DNA of 64,000 nt from Bigelowiella natans CCMP2755 (taxonomy: Eukaryota > Protista > Cercozoa), in the NCBI GenBank assembly GCA_000320545.1, contig ADNK01001573.1, positions 38,118 through 102,117 on the forward strand, in the 5' to 3' direction. This document shows, one piece after another, positions 53,580 to 62,268 of this stretch. The position numbers and the translations under genes are program-made. Positions within the stretch are counted from its first letter, which is position 1. Each line of letters begins with the position of its first letter. The notes below the pieces were generated by a model. It saw nothing but the letters and a program-made list of their open reading frames with translations, searched no databases and had not been told where the DNA came from.

Positions 53580-53795
53580 GCCACCATGCTAGAATGTACC
53601 ATCGGTCTGCGTTGTCCGTACGTTTCATTGCTTCATGTTGCTACACCGTTCAGCATGGAGCTATCATCTAGATTTTTGGTCCTCTATGACCACTAAGCAT
53701 GTACGACATGTAGCGCTAGAGCGCAGCTAGCGTGGCACTGAAAACCGCACGCTTGCACCTAGCTAGCAAGCTAGTGTTGGATGGCCAACACTAGA
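53580..53795. repeat. Palindrome-rich island 6, left half (interrupted by the copia element; right half 60890-61070)
   Basis: ctagctagcaagctagtgttggatggccaacactag; the same composition resumes right after the 3' LTR (tctagctagccatgctagc, gctagctagt). Confidence 0.75.
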
Positions 53796-54163
53796 TGTCA
53801 GCGGTCTGGCCGCGCCACCCACGATCAAGGAGCTGTCGCAGCATGCGCACGTCCACTCGTGCTGCACGCTGCGCTGCGCACATGCGCATGGAAGTTCTCA
53901 GAACTTCGGGAATCTTCCAGAATCTTCGAGAACATTCCGGAAGCTTCGAGAACCTTCCAGAAACACTCGAGAGAATTCGAGAGAATTCTGGAAGATTCGA
54001 GAATCTTCGCGAATGCGCCGGAACCCAATGCGCACATGCATGCAGCGCAAGTCACAAGTCATCATCAGAATCCAAAAGCACACGAGACCGCGTGTTGACT
54101 TTCCAACATCAACAGCACAGTCCCGCGCACAAAAGCCAAACAGCTACCGCTAGTCCGCTAAAA
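53796..54163 (+). repeat. 5' LTR of copia element (TG...AA)
   Basis: Begins tgtcagcggtctgg and ends ccgctaaaa; matches 60522-60889. Confidence 0.95.
53905..54013. promoter_or_regulatory. Heat-shock-element (nGAAn inverted repeat) array in the LTR; second copy at 60631-60739
   Basis: TTCggGAAtcTTCcaGAAtcTTCgaGAAcaTTCcgGAAgcTTCgaGAAccTTCcaGAA (12 phased units, 53905-53962) and TTCtgGAAgaTTCgaGAAtcTTCgcGAA (6 units, 53986-54013). Confidence 0.8.
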
Positions 54164-54174
54164 GGTTATGAGCC
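54164..54174 (+). other. Primer-binding site GGTTATGAGCC, complementary to the anticodon stem-loop of initiator tRNA-Met (half-tRNA priming)
   Basis: The reverse complement GGCTCATAACC matches the tRNA-iMet anticodon arm; this is the PBS type of Drosophila copia and Ty5 (hemiviruses). Confidence 0.85.
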
Positions 54175-54333
54175 TCAAGAGGACTTGCAAAAGAACCAAG
54201 CAAACCCCCCACCCCCCCCCTTCAGCTACATCCTTCCAGAAGAAGGAACTGAAAGCGACAACAGCATTCCCTCAGCCAATCTTCGGTCAAGCCTCCAAAG
54301 CACTGAAAACAAAGAAAACAGGAACGAAACAAC

Positions 54334-57300
54334 ATGTCAGAAAAGCAGATAGACTCCCTGCTGAAAAACTTCACCCTCAAGTACGATGGTAGCAACTACA
54401 AGCCCTACATGTACAAGCTAATGTCCGCCTTTGAAGCAGCGGATTTGGAATCATGCTTCAATGTCAACATAGAAACAGAAGGAAAGGTGACAGAAGTCAA
54501 TGTACGCACCGACCCCGCTCACCGACGAGAAGTACTCAAGCTCTCTCAGGAGCAATTCGACATCCTCAACCCTAAACCCGAAGGAAGAGGATCACAAGAA
54601 AAGATAAACAAAAGAAAGAGAGGAAGATTCTTCCTCACTGCTACCCTTCCTGATAAATTCTTCGATCTACTCGAAGGAAAACCCAAAGACGTAGCAGTTA
54701 CCTTAGCAGCCTTGCTGGAGAAGTACGAGCCTACCAATCCTGTAGCCGTCAGGAAACTTTATTCGAAGCTAAGTGATATAAACATGGGTCAGTACAATGG
54801 AGACTTCACGAAGTATCATTCTGACCTTGACTCGACGATCAGAAGACTTCGAGCACAGCACGAAGGATACTCCGACAATCAAGCTCTTACCACTCTACTT
54901 CGAGGACTTGTACCTAGAGAAAAATACGAGACTATAGTAACAGTCATTAACAACAAGAAAGATGTTACCTTCGACTCTGCAGTGGACATGATCCGCTCCC
55001 ACATGAACTCCCGATCGTTAGATGACGGGCAGAAACCTTCAAAGAAACATGCAGGACACACCAGTGCAGAACACAAATACGTGAAGATGTACGATGGCTT
55101 GGAGAAAAGGCTAAATGAACTTACGGGTCAGCTGAAGACCTACAAGAGGAAATTCAACAAAGGAAAGAACAGATACAACAGCGAAGCATATCAAGACAAT
55201 TCCAAGAAGCAAAAGAGAGAAGACTATTTCTTGAACTTAAAGAAAAGAACAAAATGCCATTACTGTGGCAAGAAAGGACATTGGGAAAAGGAATGCAGAA
55301 ACAAGATGAGAGACGAAGGCAAGCAGAACAAAGGAAAACACTATTCTTTTATAGATCATGGCTCCCCTTCCCAAAGACCCTCTTACATTAATAAGATGGC
55401 ACGCGACAATTCTTACCTGCACACGCTGAAGTACAACCATAAGCCTTTGATCCTTCTCGACAGCGGAGCCAACAACCACTTCTTCTGCGACCGCGACTTC
55501 TTCAACGAGTTGAAACCTATTCAACCACGATACATAGAAGTTGGCAAAGATGGGACAGGATTCTTTGTGGATTATGCAGGCGACGTCGAACTAACTACGA
55601 AAAACAAGCAAGGAAAGATGCATAAAATTGTTCTACAAGGAGCTTTGTACTCTGAAGAAGCTGCAGGCAATGTGATTTCTCTAAACAGACTAGTTAAGAG
55701 TGGCAGCGAGTACAAAGGAACAAAACAAGGAATAAGCATTACCGCCAACGGAGAGGAATACGCGTTCGGGGACTTTCAAGACGACGGCCTATTTTATTTG
55801 AGATATAAACAAATAAACAAAAGTACAAAAACACAAAGATTTAAATCCTACCCAATGAAACAGCCATCTTCAATCAAGCACGCACATAACATCCTAGGGC
55901 ACATCGCAGCGGATAAGATAAGAGACACCTATGCAGTTACAGAAGGTTTACCTTATTCCAAGACGATAAAAATACCAAAGAAGATCTTTTGCAAGGCCTG
56001 TGATGTAGCCAAAACAAAAAGATCTCCGATCTTTGATCCAAGCGCCCAAGAAAGGATGAAACAGCATCGGAATAAAGCAAAGATTGAGGACGATGCTGTC
56101 AAAAAGAAGCAAAAATGTGTACCTGTTATCCACAAGAAAAACCGGATGTGGAATAGAATTCACTCTGATGTAAAGACCATGCCTAACAGCATGGATGGTT
56201 ACAAGTATTTCGTAATATTCGTACATGAAGGAACAAGGTGGGTTACCTTGGAGCTCATGAGAAAGAAAAGCGAAGTTACGCAGAAAACCATACAGTTCCT
56301 AAAGCACATCAGAAAGCTTCCAGGTTGTGGAAGCATAGACGAATTCAGATCGGATGGTGGAGGTGAATATATGAGCGCAAAGCTACATAGCTGGCTCACC
56401 TCCGAAGGAATAAAATGGGTTCCTAGCACCGCCCGAACACCTGAGCAAAATGGAATGTCCGAGCGTCACATACAGACTATCATGGCGAAAACAAGAGCTA
56501 TGTTAGAACATGCACGCTTACCGGTCGGATACTGGTCCTACGCAGCTCAGACTGCAGCATATCTCCACAACGTCACCTCACATCGCAGCACACCTGGTAG
56601 AAAAACGCCTAAAGAACTACTGCACCATGAGCAACCAAATCTAAAGAATCTAACTACCTGGGGATGCATCGGAGTAAACCACATCGACAAGGAACTCCGA
56701 CCTGCAGGTGGTATGGGTGCTAGAGGTGAATACGTACGTATGTTGGGATATGACGATAGATTTGGTACTTTTCTCGTCGCCACGAAGACGCTGAAAATTA
56801 GAAGAGTCCGTGTAACTAAATGGTACCACACAGTGTTTAAGTTTCCTTCGCTGAAGAGAAACAAAGTTAGTGATTCGGCTTTGGCGTACCTTTATCCAGA
56901 AGGTCCTGCCGACGCGGACGCCCCCGAACCATCCAGTGCAACTGACGAGTTGCCAGAGGATGGTGGGCCTGAAACAAAAGCAAAAAGTAAACCTCGAAGG
57001 TCGAATAGAGAAAATAGGGGAGTACCTGGTATTCGTTACGGAATACTTGGTAGCTATTACGACCGCCTGATGAACATAAAAGCTCCATCAGTACAAGAGA
57101 TCGAGGACCTTCCTAAGACGTATGACGATGCAATCACAGGAGATGATAAGAAGCATTGGATACCTTCTACGGAAGAGGAACTGCACCAGCTTCGAAAACT
57201 TGGAACGTTTACGCTGGTAGTGCGACCTAAGGATACAAATTTAGTTACATCTAAATGGGTATTCAAGAAGAAAATAAATGTAGACTATACCATTCGGTAT

Positions 57301-58779
57301 AAGTCAAGGCTGGTCGCGCGAGGGTTCACGCAGATCCCGGGAGAAGACTTCTTCTTCTCTTATTCCCCGACGTTGTCCCTAAATAGTTTTCGGATAATGT
57401 TAGCCATAGCATCTATCCTCAAGCTAAAACTACACGGGATAGATATACTTACAGCTTTCCTAACTGGAAAGATGGACTGTAAAGTACACATGGAAATACC
57501 TAAAGGGTGGAAGCCGAAGACACCTGAGGAAATCCGGCTATACAACAGTGGCCTTCCACTAGCCCTACTGGTAAACAAAAGCATTTATGGGCTGACACAA
57601 GCAAGTGCAATATTCAGCCTTACCTTGCTCGAGCATCTCAACGCCATTGGCTTCGTCCAGCTTTATTCCGATCCTTGCCTAATGATAATGCACAGACAAG
57701 GAAGAATCATCATATTGTCATGTTTCGTGGATGACATATGCATAGCATATCAAGATAAGAGAGACCTGGACTTTGTCATGAAGCGAATAGGCGACAAGTT
57801 TGAGTTTCGCGATGAAGGCGAGCTAAAGAAAACACTGGGCATAAGAGTTGGTAGCGACAATGAGGGAAACTATTGGATATCGCAGGAAGACTACCTCACC
57901 AGACTCGCCCAGAAGTATGATATCACGCCTACGAAAAGAGCAAAAACACCAATGATAACAGGATCGAAGTTAGACGAATACGAGGAGCATGATAAGGTGG
58001 ATCAAAAGGCATACAGATCCGTCATAGGAGCTGCAATGTATGCAGCTGTGGCTACTAGACCAGACATATGCTACACTCTATCTCGTCTAGCTTCCTACAG
58101 TCAAGATCCTAGAACTATACACTACATCGCTGCAGTACGCTTACTGCAGTATCTGGTCAATACAAAGGATAAAAGAATTACCTTTAAAGCAGCGTCCAAA
58201 CCTGAGCTTAAAGCTTACGTCGATGCCTCCTGGAAAACCTGCAAGAAAACGGGTAAATCATACTCAGGATATTTCATATCGCTAAGCAACGCACCTGTTG
58301 TCTGGAAGAGCAACAAGCAAAAGGTCGTTGCTATGTCCAGTGGCGAGGCTGAGTACATAGCACTATCAGATATATGCAGAGAGTTAGTGTATGTCACTCA
58401 GTTACTACAGGAGTTAAAGATGAAGATACCGAAACCTGTACCTGTGTATTGTGACTCTCAAGCAGCTATCTCCATTGCAGCCAAGCCTGGATTCACACAA
58501 AAAGGCAAGAACATAAGGATAGAATATCACAATGTTCGTGATAACTATCAAACTAAGCAGATCTGCATAAACAAAATACCTGGGGAGGACAATCCCGCTG
58601 ATATACTTACTAAGGCTCTACCAGGACCTAGCAACAAGAAACACTGTGATTTCTTGTTCCCTATATCATACAGAGAAAAACTAACCATCATGCTACAAGG
58701 CACCAGAAAAAGAAAAATAACTACAAAGACTCTACCTTACAAGCTCCCTCGCCTTGTCGGCCCCACGTCCGCTCTATGA
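54334..58779 (+). CDS. Copia Gag-Pol polyprotein (1481 aa)
   Basis: Zinc knuckle CHYCGKKGHWEKEC, protease LLDSGA, integrase HHCC (HNILGH...CKAC) and DDE (HSD...RSDGGGEY...QNGMSER), RT (YKSRLVARGF...FVDD) and RNase H (YVDASW...EAEY...YCDS...NPADILTK); no stops or frameshifts. Confidence 0.97.
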   Translation: MSEKQIDSLLKNFTLKYDGSNYKPYMYKLMSAFEAADLESCFNVNIETEGKVTEVNVRTDPAHRREVLKLSQEQFDILNPKPEGRGSQEKINKRKRGRFFLTATLPDKFFDLLEGKPKDVAVTLAALLEKYEPTNPVAVRKLYSKLSDINMGQYNGDFTKYHSDLDSTIRRLRAQHEGYSDNQALTTLLRGLVPREKYETIVTVINNKKDVTFDSAVDMIRSHMNSRSLDDGQKPSKKHAGHTSAEHKYVKMYDGLEKRLNELTGQLKTYKRKFNKGKNRYNSEAYQDNSKKQKREDYFLNLKKRTKCHYCGKKGHWEKECRNKMRDEGKQNKGKHYSFIDHGSPSQRPSYINKMARDNSYLHTLKYNHKPLILLDSGANNHFFCDRDFFNELKPIQPRYIEVGKDGTGFFVDYAGDVELTTKNKQGKMHKIVLQGALYSEEAAGNVISLNRLVKSGSEYKGTKQGISITANGEEYAFGDFQDDGLFYLRYKQINKSTKTQRFKSYPMKQPSSIKHAHNILGHIAADKIRDTYAVTEGLPYSKTIKIPKKIFCKACDVAKTKRSPIFDPSAQERMKQHRNKAKIEDDAVKKKQKCVPVIHKKNRMWNRIHSDVKTMPNSMDGYKYFVIFVHEGTRWVTLELMRKKSEVTQKTIQFLKHIRKLPGCGSIDEFRSDGGGEYMSAKLHSWLTSEGIKWVPSTARTPEQNGMSERHIQTIMAKTRAMLEHARLPVGYWSYAAQTAAYLHNVTSHRSTPGRKTPKELLHHEQPNLKNLTTWGCIGVNHIDKELRPAGGMGARGEYVRMLGYDDRFGTFLVATKTLKIRRVRVTKWYHTVFKFPSLKRNKVSDSALAYLYPEGPADADAPEPSSATDELPEDGGPETKAKSKPRRSNRENRGVPGIRYGILGSYYDRLMNIKAPSVQEIEDLPKTYDDAITGDDKKHWIPSTEEELHQLRKLGTFTLVVRPKDTNLVTSKWVFKKKINVDYTIRYKSRLVARGFTQIPGEDFFFSYSPTLSLNSFRIMLAIASILKLKLHGIDILTAFLTGKMDCKVHMEIPKGWKPKTPEEIRLYNSGLPLALLVNKSIYGLTQASAIFSLTLLEHLNAIGFVQLYSDPCLMIMHRQGRIIILSCFVDDICIAYQDKRDLDFVMKRIGDKFEFRDEGELKKTLGIRVGSDNEGNYWISQEDYLTRLAQKYDITPTKRAKTPMITGSKLDEYEEHDKVDQKAYRSVIGAAMYAAVATRPDICYTLSRLASYSQDPRTIHYIAAVRLLQYLVNTKDKRITFKAASKPELKAYVDASWKTCKKTGKSYSGYFISLSNAPVVWKSNKQKVVAMSSGEAEYIALSDICRELVYVTQLLQELKMKIPKPVPVYCDSQAAISIAAKPGFTQKGKNIRIEYHNVRDNYQTKQICINKIPGEDNPADILTKALPGPSNKKHCDFLFPISYREKLTIMLQGTRKRKITTKTLPYKLPRLVGPTSAL

Positions 58780-60521
58780 AAGCCCCACGTCCATTTAGAA
58801 ACCTACAACATATAAACATATAGGCTGCAAGGTTTTAATGGCACACATCTTTGTATGTGTGTACCTTTCCTTGCGTATCTTGCTATGGACTATATGCACA
58901 GTGTCTTCCAGACACTCTCGCTATCATGGGGGCGAATGTAGAATACGCTATAGATTTCTATATGATTGCACAGTGTCTTCCAGACACTGCACAATCATGG
59001 GGGCGGATATAATAATGAAGACGAGATACCTAGTGTATAACAAATACGAAGTCAAATATAAGGAGAGAACATGCAAAAGCTGTATACTACAAGATACCTA
59101 CGAAGTTAACAAAAGGAAAAACGATCGCCTGGAGATCCACACAATTATCGGTATTATATTGGAAGTGGCGAGGCATCTGCTGTGGCTCCTATGTACAATG
59201 GCCACAATAAAGAAATGCAGAGACCGCAACAAAGCAGCATGGGTAATATAGCGATTTCTAAGGCACGTGAACTTGAGTCTCCATACAGGGTTAACGGATC
59301 GTCCACAGCATGACTACCAAGGAGGGCCTATTCACAAAGACAACCAAATAGTTACGCAGAGAAATGGCTATCACAGATCCAGGCCGGTCGAAGCGGTGAA
59401 TATTCATTATGAGGAAGTTAGCGCCCCTTATGGTGCTCAGTGATGACTCATTATTATATAAATAATTCAATAACCGTCGTTATAGCTTTCCGGTAAGAGA
59501 ATCCTCGCTCCCCCCTTCATGGAAGCAGGCAGAAGGGGAATCTATCACAATGAGGGTTCTGGCACAAAAGGTTATCATGGCAAGGACACCGATAGATCGA
59601 AATTGGCCGCACCTTATGAGACAAAATCGCGCCTACAGGGCGAAGCATACTTGGGGTCGAACGTTCGGGACCAGGCAAGAGCAGCGGTCCCTCAACAAAG
59701 CTTTGAGGGGGCTCCTCCACCCCCCCTTCCTCGTCATATCACTAACGAAACAGCTAGTATTAGCTTAGTCTCACAAAAACGCAGCAACAATCTGGAATCT
59801 TTCTGGAACTTTCATGGGCATCAGAAACAACCCTTCAAAGTAGACCGCCGTAGCCATCACAACGCAAACAGCAGCAGCAGTAGTGACAGTGTAAGTGACA
59901 GAGATGGCATCAAACAGCAACGATCAAACCAGAAGGGTCGTGCTGCTCGTGCTGCTGATGACGAAAAACAGAAGAAGAAGAAGGAGGAAAGGACTACTTG
60001 CACTACCCACCTGTCTACCTACCTACCGAGCCTTGGTCAACACCGCATGTGGGTGCAGGTGACGAACGTAGGGCATTCCGGAATTTTTCTGGAATCTTTC
60101 TGGAAGTGCCCAGGGGATTCCAGAATTTTTTCTGGAAGTGCACCAGTGTCGCAGAAAAATTCTTTTCTGAAAGCACACTGGTGTCGTTCAAAAAAAAATT
60201 AATTTTTTGGACAAGTCCCAGTTCGTACCGAAATGGTGGCACCTTGCCCAGTCAGGCAAGAATTTTTCCTGCCGATTTCGGAGTGCACCATGCCCATGGC
60301 ACCTTGCCCAGTTGCAAGCCTGGGAATTTTGTGCCTCTGCACAGAGTTTTTGGGCGTCTGGTGGTGCGATGTTTGGTCGGCAAAACATTGCCAACCATTC
60401 GGACTCCGAAACCTTTGGGAATGGCGTCCATGTGCAGCACCGTGCAAAAGTTCTGTCACCATGGCAGAAATGGCACGTGCACATCAGCACTCTGATCGTG
60501 GTCACCACGTCCATGGGGGCG

Positions 60522-60889
60522 TGTCAGCGGTCTGGCCGCGCCACCCACGATCAAGGAGCTGTCGCAGCATGCGCACGTCCACTCGTGCTGCACGCTGCGC
60601 TGCGCACATGCGCATGGAAGTTCTCAGAACTTCGGGAATCTTCCAGAATCTTCGAGAACATTCCGGAAGCTTCGAGAACCTTCCAGAAACACTCGAGAGA
60701 ATTCGAGAGAATTCTGGAAGATTCGAGAATCTTCGCGAATGCGCCGGAACCCAATGCGCACATGCATGCAGCGCAAGTCACAAGTCATCATCAGAATCCA
60801 AAAGCACACGAGACCGCGTGTTGACTTTCCAACATCAACAGCACAGTCCCGCGCACAAAAGCCAAACAGCTACCGCTAGTCCGCTAAAA
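60522..60889 (+). repeat. 3' LTR of copia element
   Basis: Direct repeat of 53796-54163, followed by TSD ctaga. Confidence 0.95.
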
Positions 60890-61077
60890 CTAGAACATGA
60901 CATCATCAGTTCAGCGACTCTAGCTAGCCATGCTAGCAAGAGGCTAGCAAGAGCAAAAAGCCACCAGGCAACAGGCTACCTAGCTACATCAGTTGAGCCG
61001 TGCTAGCGTGCGCTGGCTAGCTAGTGCGTTTTTGATGATCATCATCGTGCTAGTCTTAGCTAGCAACAACAACAATG

Positions 61078-62230
61078 TCATGATGGCTGGATTTGCATCC
61101 AACGTTGCACCAGATCGATGATGAGGCTAAAGGCTCTGTGTGTTCGCTGTTGACGTTTGATTGAATCGTGGACGCGGAGGTGCAGCTGGTGAGTGCCGTT
61201 TGAAACGGAAAAACCGCAAGGACGTTTTCGATGGCTCGTGCCGTGTTTCGTGAAAACGCAGCAAGCTGGCAAGTGTCACAGCACGTCGTTCAGTGGTTCG
61301 GGTGATCACACAATTTCAACGTCAAACGATTTTTCTGGAGGGAATCTGGCTGCTTTTGGGTTCCGCCTTTTGTTGTTTCACTTGACGCGAAAGAAAGCTT
61401 CTCTTCAAAAAACTGACAATGAGCTCATCGTGAAGTTCGGAACGTGTCGTTCCGCCCACATTGGGAAATTTTCCCCAGATCAATTGACGGCACACTCCAG
61501 AGACAAGAGCGTGCTCATGCACTCTCGCGTGACAAACTCAGGGAAACAACTTCTGTGATGTGGTTCAAGAGGAAAGATTTTTGTGCTGCACGTCAAACCG
61601 TCATGCTTCCTGCAAAAGAAAGCTGTCGCCTACCAGAAATAGAATGGAAATCTGTCCGAAATGGTCTGCCTGACAAAACCATTCCATTGCCTTCGTGTCG
61701 TCAAAATAAGTCCAGATACTTCGGTGAGAGAAAAAGGTCTACAATTAGACCAAAAACAAAAGTGGATCATATTGGTATGTCTCAGATGAACTGTACAAGG
61801 AGATTTCAATTGGACGGGCATTGAAGAGGTCAATGCTATCTCTATTTTGAACATTATTGACAGCGAATATTCGCATTGTTACTTCGCACATATGTTGTCG
61901 TTTGTAGAAGACGCAGTGTGTTGATGAACAAAAAGATATTGGAAGAAAAATCTGAATAATGTCGAATGAGAATCCATAGCTTACCCAGCCCCTACCATTG
62001 CTTCCAATCGTTTACCTATGGAGCGTACGAGTACCCCCGGGTCAGATACGTGGGGATCAGCCCGACATTTGGGTGGGGAAGCCACGCCATTATTTAGGGG
62101 TCCTGGAAGTGGTGGGAACATCGGAAATAGGGATGCAAAACAAGGTCTTCCTTCTACAATCCTGCTTCATCAACCGTCGGGTAGGCGGTTTCCAGTTCCC
62201 CTGGTTGGTTCTAATCGGTCGCATCTGCCA
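61078..62230 (-). CDS. Probable spliced host gene of unknown function (3' part); its 5' region may be displaced by the second LTR element
   Basis: Complex sequence with phase-compatible GT-AG exons (GPLNNGVASPPKC...MVGAG|FFFQYLFVHQH...|NIDLFNARPIEIS...) and an ORF stop at 61078 abutting the palindrome island. No domain recognised. Confidence 0.4.
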
Positions 62231-62268
62231 AGGCAGTGCAAGGTCTCCTATGTTTATATATTGCGATT

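Larger units (their letters stand above)
53796..60889 (+). mobile_element. Full-length, apparently intact Ty1/copia LTR retrotransposon (7094 bp), 5-bp TSD CTAGA
   Basis: Two 368-bp direct repeats that appear identical, TSD ctaga at 53791-53795 and 60890-60894, PBS right after the 5' LTR, a single gag-pol ORF in PR-IN-RT-RH order, and a G-rich PPT (catgggggcg) before the 3' LTR. Confidence 0.97.

Noticed and set aside
53781-54392. ORFs of 60-257 aa overlapping the LTRs (also 60207-61006)
   Set aside because: Products of stop-poor, palindromic LTR/HSE sequence duplicated in both LTRs; no protein-like features.
59955-59968. Hammerhead ribozyme core (CTGATGA...GAAA)
   Set aside because: ctgatgacgaaa leaves no room for stem II, and I could not find flanking stems I/III.
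59519-60202. env gene (Sirevirus/errantivirus-like)
   Set aside because: No signal peptide or TM helix and low complexity; kept only as an unexplained ORF.
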